A stretch of DNA of 64,000 nt from Candidatus Egerieisoma sp. (lineage in GTDB: Bacteria; Bacillota; Clostridia; UBA1212; UBA1255), in contig JBGVNN010000054.1 in assembly GCA_045125595.1 (NCBI GenBank), forward strand, positions 74,182 to 138,181, in the 5' to 3' direction. Position 1 is the first letter of the stretch. Every line of letters begins with the position of its first letter. The position numbers and the translations under genes were made by a program. Below the pieces are notes generated by a model that was not told where the DNA came from, made no database searches, and saw nothing but the letters and a program-made list of their open reading frames with translations. Positions 39,713 through 50,139 of the stretch are shown piece after piece.

Positions 39713-42700
39713 ATGAAAAGAATCATTTCAAAAGGCATTGTGTTTTTGCTCGTTGTAGCAATGATAGCAAGTTTTATGCCACATTTTAGTGTAATTGAAT
39801 CAAACGCGTATTCATTTACAGGACAAGATGTTAATACAACGACTGATATTTTGTATAACGGTACAGATACAGGTGTTGATTACACATATGTTCATTTAGG
39901 CAGTGGTGGCTCATCGGGATACGGAGCAAACAGAAAAATTAATATTGTTGAGGGTAACTTGTCAAGCAATGATGCCCTTGGCTTTGAAGTAATGAACAAC
40001 GGTACATATTTGAAAAACGCGGTTGCTCTTACGCAAGTTGTTGCAGATTTTAACGAGGATAACAAAACCGTCCTTGCAGCAGTAAACGGAGACTGGATGA
40101 CATTTGCAAACAGCCTTGGGGCATCGGTTACAAGTAACTACAGAGTAACTTTCAGTTCAATGATATCGGATCGTGAAATTTGGTGTAGCCAAATGACTTC
40201 TACGGAGCAATCTACAGACTATTTTACGATGGGTGTTACAACAAATAAGCAAGTTGTAATCGGCAAACCTACAATTACTCCTACTATAAAAAATGTAACA
40301 AAAGGTACTTCGTTCTCTGCAATGGGAATAAACAGAGCTCCGAAGAATAATACTTTATTCGTATTTAATAACAGATTAAATGCATCCAACTATGTTAATT
40401 CGGATGCGTACGAAGTTGTAATTACTGCTTCTTCATCACGCTTTATTCTCGGCGAGTCGGTTACAGGTACTGTTACTGCAATATATCCTAAAGGAACAAC
40501 TTCTCGTGCAGATATGACAGATAATACAATCCTCATTACAGCAAGAGGTTCTAAAGTATCTACGATTAGTGGTAAATTTAGTGTGGGTGATACCGTTTCA
40601 ATAAGCACTTCAATATATGACTCAATGGGTAATAATACAAAGTGGGCAAATTGTGAAGAGGCAATCGGAGGTCAGTGCCTTGTAATGAAGAATGGATCGA
40701 TAAACAACGACCTTTCGGGAGGTAACATGGGAAATTATCCCACAAATATTCTCGGTTACAAGAAAAACGGTAATATTATGATGTCTATGGTTACTGCGGA
40801 CCAACATGGTGTACGTACAGGTTTGATTTTTGAAAGAAATATTGACAGCTTCTGTAAAGCAGTTGGTTACGATACATGTCTCCTTCTCGATGGCGGCGGT
40901 TCTACAACAATGGTTACATTAGAGAATGGTAATTATGTTGAGAGAGCTTGCTATTCTGATGGCGTAATCAGACCTACATGGAACTCTTGTGCATTCGTTT
41001 ATGATGTAGGAAATTCTGTTGTACCTTCTTCTATCAAGGGAACAGTTTTTGACCCGCAGTATTACTATGTGAAGAATACAGATTTGCAGAGTGCTATCGG
41101 CCAAAACGAAGGTAAACTCTTTGAACACTTTATCGAATATGGTATTAAAGAGGGAAGACTTTCAAGCCCCTTGTTCTCTATCAATGAATATATAAATGGT
41201 AATGGTGACTTGAAGGCTGCTTTTGGATGGCCCTCCGGAACTTCTGTTGAACAACAAAAAGAAAATCGTTTGGCGGCGATGAAACACTTTGCGCAAAGCG
41301 GTGCTTTTAAAGATGAAACAGACAGACATACATCAAAAGAAACAGCCAAAAGTTTGCCTGATAACTTCTATGCACGTATACAGCTTACTAATGCTTCATT
41401 GAATTTGTCTTTGATGGATTCAGCTGTTATAGCTTATACACCGAGTGAAGCGGCGGCTCAAATTTGGCATTTTGAAAAGCAAACTGATGGCAGTTATAAA
41501 ATAACAAATACAAAGAACGGACTCGTTCTTGATGTAGCGGCGGGAGCAAAAACCTCAGGAGCTGCAATCCAAATATATGAGAGTAATAATACTTCGGCTC
41601 AAAGATGGAATATTTACGAGAAACTTGATTATTCAGGTAATGTTGTAGGATATATATTGCGTTCTGTAGCAACTCCTGCGTGTGTGCTTTCAGTAGCAAG
41701 TTCGTCACCTACTGCAAGTACTGCAGTACAAAATAATGCTTGTACTTTGTCGGCATCTCAAGTGTTTAAATTCCAAATTACTCAAGTAGTGGAAAATACA
41801 CCAAGCCCGACACCTTCCGAAACACCTACGGCAACACCTACTGCGACTGCAACCGTAAAACCTACTGCGACTGCAACCGCAACTGCAAAACCGACTGTAA
41901 CACCTACAGCAACACCTACTGCAACTGCAACACCGACACCTACTCCTTCTGCAACACCGGGTGTGTCACCTGCTGATGTAGGATCCGGTTTCTATGCACA
42001 AATTGTATCAAAGCTTGATGTTAAAAAAGGTGTGTCGATATCAAATTCAAATGTTGTTTTGAGCGATATAAAATCATTGACATCGCAATTTTGGCTCTTT
42101 GAAAAACAATCTGACGGTAGTTATAAAATAAAAAATCAAGAGACAGGAAAATTACTCTCTGTTGAAAGCGGAAGCGGCGCTTCGGGAACGAATGTAGTTG
42201 TTGCTGCTGATAATGGTTCTGTTGGTCAAAAATGGTTCTTGTTTGAAGATGGAGAGTATTATAAGTTTACACCTGCCGGTGCTTTAGATTGTGCATTGGA
42301 TGTTAATGCGGCACAGACAACGAACGGTACAAATATTGGATTGTATTCAAGTAATAACACAGATGCGCAGAGATTTGCGTTCCTTAAAGGCGATTTCTTT
42401 AACATGGTTGAGCCCCAAGACATTGGTACGGACTTTATAGCGCATATTTCAACAAATGATGGTACAAATGGTATTGGTTTTGTAGGTGTAAATGCAATTC
42501 TTGAAAAAGCTGATAAGACTGCCAAAAAGCAATTGTTCTATTTTATTCGCCAAGATGACGGCAGTTACAGAATAACAAATGTTAAGAGCAGATTTGACTT
42601 GGGTATTGAAGGTAACGTTACTTCTGGTAGCAATGTTGTAAGTCTTTGTGAGAATGATATCGAAACTCAAAGATGGTTCGTATATCTTAAGGATGGTAAA

Positions 42701-43198
42701 TATATCATTAAAGCAGCAGTTACAGGCAACTTGGTTTTAGATTCGGCAAATACAGATGTTAAAATTAATTCGTTTAATGACGCTTCGGCTTCACAGTTGT
42801 TTGTTATCTCAAATATGGGCAAAGCTGATTATGATATTCCGGAAGTTTCGAAAACGGGCGTTTTGACAGATGCACAGATTAAGGCGATTTACGAAACTAT
42901 TTGTCTTGCTAACTCAAACAGCGCCAACACAGATGAAGTTCAATTGAAAAAGTTAATTGCTGACTATGTACTTGAAGCATACAATCTTGGTGTAAGAGAG
43001 ATAAAAGCTCTTGCTCTTTGTGCGAATATCAGATATTTGAGCAATTCTTCAGAACTGTCAAGAGTTGTTAATAAAACAAACGGAGAATGCTCTTTGAATA
43101 ATTTGTATGCAGCACTTCTTACTGATACAGGTTCTCAAGTAGGAGCGTACAGAGCAAGTCACTGGATATTCTATAATTTCTTATTTGTTAAGTTTTAA
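39713..43198 (+). CDS. Secreted phosphodiester glycosidase (NAGPA-like) protein with ricin-B domains, a Pro/Thr linker and an extra C-terminal helical domain; paralog of 31880..34774
   Basis: Signal peptide; shares LAAVNGDWM, CEEAIGGQCLVMKNGSINNDL and VGYDTCLLLDGGGSTTMVTLENG with the paralog; ricin QxW motifs. Confidence 0.8.
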   Translation: MKRIISKGIVFLLVVAMIASFMPHFSVIESNAYSFTGQDVNTTTDILYNGTDTGVDYTYVHLGSGGSSGYGANRKINIVEGNLSSNDALGFEVMNNGTYLKNAVALTQVVADFNEDNKTVLAAVNGDWMTFANSLGASVTSNYRVTFSSMISDREIWCSQMTSTEQSTDYFTMGVTTNKQVVIGKPTITPTIKNVTKGTSFSAMGINRAPKNNTLFVFNNRLNASNYVNSDAYEVVITASSSRFILGESVTGTVTAIYPKGTTSRADMTDNTILITARGSKVSTISGKFSVGDTVSISTSIYDSMGNNTKWANCEEAIGGQCLVMKNGSINNDLSGGNMGNYPTNILGYKKNGNIMMSMVTADQHGVRTGLIFERNIDSFCKAVGYDTCLLLDGGGSTTMVTLENGNYVERACYSDGVIRPTWNSCAFVYDVGNSVVPSSIKGTVFDPQYYYVKNTDLQSAIGQNEGKLFEHFIEYGIKEGRLSSPLFSINEYINGNGDLKAAFGWPSGTSVEQQKENRLAAMKHFAQSGAFKDETDRHTSKETAKSLPDNFYARIQLTNASLNLSLMDSAVIAYTPSEAAAQIWHFEKQTDGSYKITNTKNGLVLDVAAGAKTSGAAIQIYESNNTSAQRWNIYEKLDYSGNVVGYILRSVATPACVLSVASSSPTASTAVQNNACTLSASQVFKFQITQVVENTPSPTPSETPTATPTATATVKPTATATATAKPTVTPTATPTATATPTPTPSATPGVSPADVGSGFYAQIVSKLDVKKGVSISNSNVVLSDIKSLTSQFWLFEKQSDGSYKIKNQETGKLLSVESGSGASGTNVVVAADNGSVGQKWFLFEDGEYYKFTPAGALDCALDVNAAQTTNGTNIGLYSSNNTDAQRFAFLKGDFFNMVEPQDIGTDFIAHISTNDGTNGIGFVGVNAILEKADKTAKKQLFYFIRQDDGSYRITNVKSRFDLGIEGNVTSGSNVVSLCENDIETQRWFVYLKDGKYIIKAAVTGNLVLDSANTDVKINSFNDASASQLFVISNMGKADYDIPEVSKTGVLTDAQIKAIYETICLANSNSANTDEVQLKKLIADYVLEAYNLGVREIKALALCANIRYLSNSSELSRVVNKTNGECSLNNLYAALLTDTGSQVGAYRASHWIFYNFLFVKF
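41798..41960 (+). repeat. Low-complexity coding repeat (TPTATPTATAT linker)
   Basis: Repeated (a)cctactgcgactgcaacc-type units encoding Thr/Pro/Ala. Confidence 0.85.
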
Positions 43199-43225
43199 TA
43201 GTTGAGAAAGATTAGTTGATTTTAT

Positions 43226-43262
43226 AAGCAAGTTTGTTTTTTTTAAAGCAAACTTGCTTTTT
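43226..43262 (+). terminator. Rho-independent terminator
   Basis: aagcaagtttg...caaacttgctt followed by a T-run. Confidence 0.75.
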
Positions 43263-43377
43263 GCATATAAAAGAAATTGTTGAATTTTTATAATAAAACT
43301 ATTGCCAAAACTATACCAAATAGGGTAAAATGTAGGCGATACATTAATTGTACGATAAAATTTACGGAGGTAAAAAA

Positions 43378-44565
43378 ATGAAAAAGTCAATTTTAAAAAC
43401 ATTTGCAGTTGTTCTTTCTGTTGCTATGTTAGTTGCTTTCTCAAGTATCACTGCTTTTGCCGGATTTGGCGAGGGTGATTTCTTTGAAATTTATTCTGGC
43501 ATTCCCAACGAAGAAAACGAAGGATTTTGGTTTGATGTAGAAGGTCTTATCGACGAGACAACAGGAGAGCCTGTTGTTGATGGTGGCTCAATGAGAGGTC
43601 ATCCGTATATAGATTATTTAAGAGATCACGGTACTCCCAAGAATATTGTTGGTGATGACCATTCTCCTTTCTACGGTGTAGAGGATGACGGTGAGAATAC
43701 ATTTGTTAACTTAAATCCCGGTTCATACTATGTAGCTGACCATCCTTTTGAAGAATCTTATCAAGCTACTGTTGATATCAAATTAGATGATGCTTTCGTT
43801 GCAGGTTCATTTGCTGCTATTCGTTTCAACGTTGATAGCGACGACGCGGCAACACTTATTGGTAGCACAGCAACCGGTTTGAACATCGCTTTTGATGTAG
43901 CAGACAGCTCAAAAGATACTATTTCAATTGGTGTTGACGGCGGATACTATACTGTAGATCTTCCTGAAGGTGCTCTTTTAACATGGAAAGCTATCGAGAT
44001 TCTTGATAACAATGCAGGCATCATGAAGATTTATTATGAGAACAGCCTTATAGCTACAGTTGAACTTTCAGATGCAAAAGCTGGCGAGTACAAGAAAGTT
44101 GTTGTTAAAGATGCTACAGGTGCAGAAAAAGTTAACAAGACTGATGCTTCTGTTTCAGCAAACTACAATAACATGAACTTTGGTGTTGCTCAAAATGCAG
44201 AAAAGACAACAACAACTGAGGGCGGTTTACATTTTGATAACTGGGGTATCGTTCCTTATGAATTCGATGCAACAAAGAACGATCCTAAGGCTGAGGCTCC
44301 TGCAGATCCGACAGAAGCTCCTGCAGATCCTACAGAAGAACCTGCTGACGAGACAGAGAAACCTGCAGATCCTACAGAAAAACCTGCTGATCCTACAGAG
44401 GCTCCAAAGACAGAAAAACCTGCTGACAAGACAAATGCTCCTGTTGCAGATAACACAGACGATGGCGGTATATCAACAGGCGTAATTATTGCAATTGTAG
44501 CAGCAGTTGTAGTTGTAGCAGCAGTTGTAGTTGTTATTATTGTTCTTAAAAAGAAAAAGGCATAA
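43378..44565 (+). CDS. Acidic secreted protein with a PADPTE repeat stalk and a C-terminal membrane anchor
   Basis: Signal peptide ending AFA, beta-rich acidic domain, PADPTE(A/E/K) repeats, hydrophobic helix followed by KKKKA; GGAGG RBS before ATG 43378. Confidence 0.75.
   Translation: MKKSILKTFAVVLSVAMLVAFSSITAFAGFGEGDFFEIYSGIPNEENEGFWFDVEGLIDETTGEPVVDGGSMRGHPYIDYLRDHGTPKNIVGDDHSPFYGVEDDGENTFVNLNPGSYYVADHPFEESYQATVDIKLDDAFVAGSFAAIRFNVDSDDAATLIGSTATGLNIAFDVADSSKDTISIGVDGGYYTVDLPEGALLTWKAIEILDNNAGIMKIYYENSLIATVELSDAKAGEYKKVVVKDATGAEKVNKTDASVSANYNNMNFGVAQNAEKTTTTEGGLHFDNWGIVPYEFDATKNDPKAEAPADPTEAPADPTEEPADETEKPADPTEKPADPTEAPKTEKPADKTNAPVADNTDDGGISTGVIIAIVAAVVVVAAVVVVIIVLKKKKA
44293..44430 (+). 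repeat. Coding tandem repeat, ~21 nt (PADPTE[A/E/K])
   Basis: Repeated cctgc(a/t)gatcc(g/t)acaga units. Confidence 0.85.
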
Positions 44566-44588
44566 TATCTTAGATTGACAAAAAAATC

Positions 44589-44617
44589 TTGACATAAATA
44601 TATATGTCTTTTATAAT
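44589..44617 (+). promoter_or_regulatory. Consensus sigma-A promoter of the rimP-nusA-infB operon
   Basis: TTGACA-17bp-TATAAT. Confidence 0.88.
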
Positions 44618-44644
44618 TAAAAAGCAATTTGATGTTTTTTACGC

Positions 44645-44674
44645 AAAGAGCGGGTTATCCCGCTCTTTTGTTTT
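44645..44674 (+). promoter_or_regulatory. rimP leader attenuator hairpin
   Basis: aaagagcggg-ttat-cccgctcttt-tgtttt, between the promoter and rimP, where the conserved rimP leader terminator sits. Confidence 0.75.
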
Positions 44675-44723
44675 AGAAATCTTTTTGTAGAAGCAACAAA
44701 AACTTATTTGGGAGGTGTAAGTT

Positions 44724-45200
44724 ATGAAAATTGCAGATGCCGTTAAAGAAATCGTAGAACCGATTATTACCGAACTCAAGGCGAATATTGAACTTATAGA
44801 AGTTGAATATGTCAAAGAAGGTTCTGATTGGTATCTCAGACTTTATATCGATAAGCAAGGCGGAGTTTCTTTGGATGATTGCCAACTTGTAAGCGAAGCT
44901 TTGAATGATATTTTGGATGAGAAAGATATTATAAAGGGTAAGTATATTTTCGAAGTTTCATCTCCGGGAATAGACAGGCCGCTGAAGACAGACAGAGACT
45001 TTGAACGATATAAGGGTCAAGATGTTGAAGTTCATTTGTATGCACCTGTAGATAACAGTAAAATTTTTGTAGGTAAGCTTGTGGGCAGAGATGATTCGCA
45101 TATAATTATCACTGAAGACATAGGCAAGGGGAAAACCAAAGAACGTAGCTTTGGTATTAAAGAAGTTTCATTGGTAAAAAGAACAATTGTTTGGAATTAA
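44724..45200 (+). CDS. rimP: Ribosome maturation factor RimP
   Basis: LRLYIDK.GGVSLDDC, EVSSPGIDRPL; first gene of the operon. Confidence 0.96.
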   Translation: MKIADAVKEIVEPIITELKANIELIEVEYVKEGSDWYLRLYIDKQGGVSLDDCQLVSEALNDILDEKDIIKGKYIFEVSSPGIDRPLKTDRDFERYKGQDVEVHLYAPVDNSKIFVGKLVGRDDSHIIITEDIGKGKTKERSFGIKEVSLVKRTIVWN

Positions 45201-45222
45201 TAATCGGAGGTAATGACAAAAA

Positions 45223-46392
45223 ATGAGTGCAGAATTATTGTTTGCTCTTGACGAGCTCGAAAAGGAAAAAGGAATAGATAAAGAAATTATTATTGCAGCT
45301 ATAGAAGAGGCATTAAACGCTTCTTATGGCAAATCAGAAACTGAGTGCAATACAAGAGTTGAATTTAATCGCGAAACAGGTGAAATCAAAGTATATGCAC
45401 AAAAAGAAGTAGTAGAAGTTGTTGAAAACGATACTGCAGAGCTTTCTTTGACAGAAGCAAGAGAAATCGATCCTGAATTTGAAATCGGTGATATAGCTGA
45501 ATTTGAGATTACACCTAAAAATTTCGGCCGTCTTGCTGCACAAAAGGCAAAACAGATTATTATTCAGAAGTTAAGAGAAGAAGAAAGAACAAGAGTTTAT
45601 GACCAATTCCGTGCAAAAGAGAAAGATATTGTTACGGGTCAAATTCAAAGAATTGAAATGCGTGAAACAAAAGATGGTAAAAAAGAGCGCATTATCCATG
45701 TTGATCTTGGACAAATAGAAGGCATTCTTTTACCGGCAGAGCAGGTAGAAACAGAGCAGTACAAAGTTTATGACAGAATTAAAGCTTATGTACTTGAAGT
45801 TAAAGACAAAGGCGTTAAGAGTAAAGAACCTTGTGTTATGATTTCAAGAAGTCATCCTAATCTCGTTAAGAGATTATTTGAACTTGAAGTGCCTGAAATC
45901 CACGACGGAGTTGTTGAAATAATGAGCATAGCAAGAGAACCCGGCTCAAGAACAAAAATTTCCGTATACTCAAAGGACGAAAATGTTGAGCCTGTAGGCG
46001 CTTGTGTAGGACAAAAGGGAACAAGAGTGCAAGTTATCGTTGATGAGTTAAGAGGCGAACGCATTGATATTATTAAATGGAGTCCTTATGCTGATGATTT
46101 GATTGCAAGCAGCTTAAGTCCGGCAAAAGCATTGAGAGTATTCATTAATGAAGAAGATAAATCAGCTACAGCAATTGTTCCAGACAGTCAACTTTCTTTG
46201 GCAATTGGCAGAGAAGGTCAAAATGTTCGCCTTGCAGCAAAGCTTACAAGCTGGAAAATTGACATTAAGAGCGAAGCTCAAATTCGTGCAAGCGTAGAAG
46301 AAGAGCTCTTTGCTGACGAAGCTGAAGGAACAGCGGATGATACAATAAATCCGTACGACGAGAACGGTGAATTTGATCCTAACCTTCTTTAA
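45223..46392 (+). CDS. nusA: Transcription termination/antitermination factor NusA
   Basis: FGRLAAQ.AKQ, AREPGSRTK, VGACVG, LAIGREGQNVRLAAKLT. Confidence 0.98.
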   Translation: MSAELLFALDELEKEKGIDKEIIIAAIEEALNASYGKSETECNTRVEFNRETGEIKVYAQKEVVEVVENDTAELSLTEAREIDPEFEIGDIAEFEITPKNFGRLAAQKAKQIIIQKLREEERTRVYDQFRAKEKDIVTGQIQRIEMRETKDGKKERIIHVDLGQIEGILLPAEQVETEQYKVYDRIKAYVLEVKDKGVKSKEPCVMISRSHPNLVKRLFELEVPEIHDGVVEIMSIAREPGSRTKISVYSKDENVEPVGACVGQKGTRVQVIVDELRGERIDIIKWSPYADDLIASSLSPAKALRVFINEEDKSATAIVPDSQLSLAIGREGQNVRLAAKLTSWKIDIKSEAQIRASVEEELFADEAEGTADDTINPYDENGEFDPNLL

Positions 46393-46414
46393 TAAAAAAA
46401 GGAAGTGAGGCACT

Positions 46415-46711
46415 TTGAAACAAAAAAAGATACCAATGCGTAGATGTATCGGGTGCTACGAATCTAAGCCTAAAAAAGAATTAATTCGTATAGTAAAAAC
46501 TGTTGAAGGGAAAATACTTCTGGATTTTACCGGCAAACAAAACGGCAGAGGTGCCTATGTTTGTAATAATAGAGAGTGCTTAGATAAAATAGTAAAGGGA
46601 AACAAACTGAGCAAAGAGTTTGAGGTCGAAGTATTAAGAGAAACATACGACAGCCTTAAAAATCAATTTGAGGCTTATGACAGCAAATCAGGAGGTGGCG
46701 CTGTTGAATAA
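46415..46711 (+). CDS. ylxR: YlxR (RnpM) family RNA-binding protein
   Basis: [23 protein letters not shown]; located after nusA. Confidence 0.93.
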   Translation: MKQKKIPMRRCIGCYESKPKKELIRIVKTVEGKILLDFTGKQNGRGAYVCNNRECLDKIVKGNKLSKEFEVEVLRETYDSLKNQFEAYDSKSGGGAVE

Positions 46712-49700
46712 TAAAATCAGAGTTCACGAGCTTGCAAAACAGCTCAATTCCACTAGCAAAAAGGTATTGGAAAGGCTGAATGAAATCGGTATAAAAGATA
46801 AAAGCTATATGAGTATTTTAGATGAGGATGAATTGCGTAGATTTTACGAGCAGACAGGTGTTAAGGCATCAAAGAAGGTCGAGGAATCGGCAGATGATTC
46901 GGCTGCGAAGAAAGTTTCCGCACAAAAAGAGCAACAGACACAGAGCAAGTCGTCAGGAGTAATTGTAAGAAGAATTATCGTTGACAACAGCAGTTCTGAT
47001 TATAGTGCTGACTCTAAAAATGACTCACAAAAGTCTCGTAAACAGAGCAGAGAAGCAGGTTCTGGACTTCGTTCGGGATATGCGGTAAGAACGGAAAATG
47101 CCGACGATTCTTTTACAGCAGAAAAAAAAGACGCAAAAGAAATTGATGAGAAAGTTCAGGCACAAGCAGCTCAACCTGTGAAAGCAGAACCTACCGTAAG
47201 ACGTGTTAAGCGAGTAAAAAAGGAAGATTTAGAACCTAAAGAAACTGCGCCCGTTGCGGTAAAAGAAGAGCCTAAGGTTGAAATTGTTGAACCTGAAATT
47301 TCACATGAAATTCCTCAAGAAGAAGTAAAAGAGGCAGCTCCCGTAAAAGAATCTGTTGAACCAAAAGAGGATAAAAAAGCAGAGGCTCCGGCTAAATTTG
47401 TATTTAAGCAATATGAGTATTCAGAAACTATTACAATTGAGCTTAAAAACACAGAACCGGCAGAACCTATTGAGATAATCAATATTGCTGAGAAAAAGCC
47501 TGAACAACGTCCTCAAAGACAGCATGTAAGAGATCAAAAAGAATCACCTAAGCGTGATTTCAGAGAAGGTCGAGAAGGCGGACGCGATAATCGTGAAAAC
47601 AGAGAGAACCGTGATAACAGAGAAAATCGCGACAACAGAGAAAGACGTGACAATCGTGACGGATACAGATCACAGATGTCTATTCCTACGATTGATCCTT
47701 CACTTGCGGTTCAGGAAGTGAAGAGAGATTATGCAGGCAAAATGGCGGGCAAACAACAGGAAAGAGAAACTGATAAATACGCCAAAAAGGATAGTGCCGG
47801 ACGTAAAGATTCCGGTAAAAACTCACAAAACAACCAAAAGGACAAATATAAGTCTGCAAGGAAGTTTTTGGGAGAAAAGATGGGCGTTTCAGAGATATAT
47901 TCTGACGACTACAGTGTAGGATATGATATGGATAACATGCCTAAAAAAGGCTCGAAGGGCAAAAAAGATATGATGAAAAAGGCAAAAGAATTTGTTGCTC
48001 AAAATCAAAAGACTCAACCTGTTATAGCAGTGCTTACCAATGTAACATTGCCTGAGTCAATGACAGTTAAGGATTTTGCGGAGAGAATTAAGAAAACTTC
48101 TGCAGATGTTATTAAAAAACTTATGCTTATGGGCGTTATGGCAAGTCAAAACCAAGTAATTGACTTTGATACAGCAGCGTTGATTGCAAGTGAATTTAAC
48201 ATAACAGCAGAGCAGGAAGTTGTTATTACCGATGAGGATATTCTTTTTGAAGATGACCAAATTGATGTTGAGCAAGACGAAACAGCTGTAGAGCGTCCTC
48301 CTGTAGTTGTTGTTATGGGTCACGTTGACCACGGTAAAACTTCACTTTTGGATGCTATCAGAAAAACAAGCGTTACATCAGGAGAGGCCGGCGGTATTAC
48401 GCAGCACATCGGTGCTTATATGGTAAGAATAAACGACCGCAAGATTACATTCTTGGATACACCGGGACATGAGGCGTTTACGGCAATGAGAGCAAGAGGT
48501 GCTCAAGTTACCGACGTTGCAATTCTTGTTGTTGCCGCAGATGACGGCGTTATGCCTCAGACAGTAGAGGCCATTAACCACGCTAAAGCCGCTAATGTAT
48601 CAATCGTTGTAGCTGTGAACAAAATAGATAAGCCCGGAGCAAATCCTGATCGTGTAATGCAAGAGCTTGCAGAACATGATGTCATTACGGAAGCTTGGGG
48701 CGGCGACGTTCCGTTTGTGCCGGTATCAGCAAAGACAGGCGAAAACATTGAGTTGCTTCTTGAAACAGTACTCTTGTCAGCAGACATTTTAGAGCTCAAG
48801 GCAAGTCCTGAGCGTCTTGCTAAGGGTACAATTATTGAGGCTAAACTTGATAAGAATAAAGGTCCCGTAGCTACACTCCTTGTACAAAGAGGTACTCTCA
48901 AAGCAGGAGATGCAATCGTTTCAGGTACAACATTCGGCAGAATCCGTACTATGACAGATGATAAAGGAAATGCAATCAAAAAGGCTACACCTTCGACTCC
49001 TATTGAGATTACAGGTCTTCCCGAAGTTCCCGAGGCAGGTGAGCTTTTCTATGCTGTTAAAGACGAAAAGGTTGCTAAACACCTTGTTGATACACGTAAG
49101 AGCGAGTTGAGAGAAAAAACAATGCAGTCTCACAGCAAAGTATCTCTTGATGACTTGTTTGCTCAAATTCAAGAAGGTAATGTAAAAGACCTTAATATCA
49201 TCGTTAAAGCAGACGTTATGGGTAGTGTTGAGGCCGTTAAACAGTCTCTTGTAAAACTCAGTACAGATGAAGTCAGAATTAAGATTGTACACGGTGCAGT
49301 AGGTGGTATTACGGAGACAGACGTGCAGCTTGCATCTGTATCAAATGCTATTATCATTGGATTTAATGTACGTCCCGGTGCAAACGTTGCTGAACATGCA
49401 GAGGCTGAGGGTGTTGACATAAGAACATACAGAGTTATCTATGATGCTATTGAGGATATTAAAGCTGCTATGGTTGGTATGCTTGATCCTGAATTCAAAG
49501 AGTCTGTTATAGGACATGTAGAGATTCGTCAAACATTCAAGGTTTCAGGTGTAGGTACTATTGCCGGATGTTATGTAACAAGCGGTAAAATCGTAAGAAA
49601 CTGCGAAGCACGTATTGTTCGTGACGGTATCGTTGTATTTGAAGGAAAGCTTGCATCATTAAAGAGATTTAAAGATGACGTAAAAGAAGTTCAGCAAGGC

Positions 49701-49796
49701 TTCGAGTGCGGTCTTTCATTTGAAAAATTCAACGACATCAAAGAGGGCGATAATGTTGAGTGCTATATAATGGAAGAGGTTAAGAGGAATGGATAG
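46704..49796 (+). CDS. infB: Translation initiation factor IF-2
   Basis: [10 protein letters not shown]-domain, [18 protein letters not shown]; start placed at TTG 46704 after GGAGG. Confidence 0.97.
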   Translation: MNNKIRVHELAKQLNSTSKKVLERLNEIGIKDKSYMSILDEDELRRFYEQTGVKASKKVEESADDSAAKKVSAQKEQQTQSKSSGVIVRRIIVDNSSSDYSADSKNDSQKSRKQSREAGSGLRSGYAVRTENADDSFTAEKKDAKEIDEKVQAQAAQPVKAEPTVRRVKRVKKEDLEPKETAPVAVKEEPKVEIVEPEISHEIPQEEVKEAAPVKESVEPKEDKKAEAPAKFVFKQYEYSETITIELKNTEPAEPIEIINIAEKKPEQRPQRQHVRDQKESPKRDFREGREGGRDNRENRENRDNRENRDNRERRDNRDGYRSQMSIPTIDPSLAVQEVKRDYAGKMAGKQQERETDKYAKKDSAGRKDSGKNSQNNQKDKYKSARKFLGEKMGVSEIYSDDYSVGYDMDNMPKKGSKGKKDMMKKAKEFVAQNQKTQPVIAVLTNVTLPESMTVKDFAERIKKTSADVIKKLMLMGVMASQNQVIDFDTAALIASEFNITAEQEVVITDEDILFEDDQIDVEQDETAVERPPVVVVMGHVDHGKTSLLDAIRKTSVTSGEAGGITQHIGAYMVRINDRKITFLDTPGHEAFTAMRARGAQVTDVAILVVAADDGVMPQTVEAINHAKAANVSIVVAVNKIDKPGANPDRVMQELAEHDVITEAWGGDVPFVPVSAKTGENIELLLETVLLSADILELKASPERLAKGTIIEAKLDKNKGPVATLLVQRGTLKAGDAIVSGTTFGRIRTMTDDKGNAIKKATPSTPIEITGLPEVPEAGELFYAVKDEKVAKHLVDTRKSELREKTMQSHSKVSLDDLFAQIQEGNVKDLNIIVKADVMGSVEAVKQSLVKLSTDEVRIKIVHGAVGGITETDVQLASVSNAIIIGFNVRPGANVAEHAEAEGVDIRTYRVIYDAIEDIKAAMVGMLDPEFKESVIGHVEIRQTFKVSGVGTIAGCYVTSGKIVRNCEARIVRDGIVVFEGKLASLKRFKDDVKEVQQGFECGLSFEKFNDIKEGDNVECYIMEEVKRNG
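47560..47660 (+). repeat. 9-nt coding repeat (REN/RDN) in the IF-2 linker
   Basis: [33 protein letters not shown]. Confidence 0.8.
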
Positions 49797-50127
49797 AACA
49801 GAGCGAATAGCAGGGGAAATGCGCAGAGCTTTGAGTGATATTATCAGAAATGATCTTAAAGATCCGCGAATTCCTTTAGTCACCAGCATAACTAATATAA
49901 AATTGGCAAAGGATTTGAAATATGCTAAAATTTATATCAGTGTATTTGCCGGTGATGAAGAAAAAAAAGCGGCTATTGAGGCTTTAAAAGGCTCAAGCGG
50001 CTTTATAAGGAGAGCTTTGGGACAAAAAATGATCATAAGAGCATTGCCTGAGCTCACCTTTGTGCTCGATGAATCTCTTGAATACGGTTCATATATGAAC
50101 AAAAAGATTGACGAGCTCAAAAAATAA
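49789..50127 (+). CDS. rbfA: Ribosome-binding factor A
   Basis: [27 protein letters not shown]; follows infB. Confidence 0.95.
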   Translation: MDRTERIAGEMRRALSDIIRNDLKDPRIPLVTSITNIKLAKDLKYAKIYISVFAGDEEKKAAIEALKGSSGFIRRALGQKMIIRALPELTFVLDESLEYGSYMNKKIDELKK

Positions 50128-50139
50128 AAATAAGAAAAG

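Noticed and set aside
30429-43200. Prophage or integrative element inserted at tRNA-Leu
   Set aside because: No integrase, phage or conjugation genes, and no attR copy of the tRNA 3' end was found by eye.
47560-47660. Unusual repeat in infB
   Set aside because: Low-complexity charged repeats are common in the variable IF-2 N-terminal linker.
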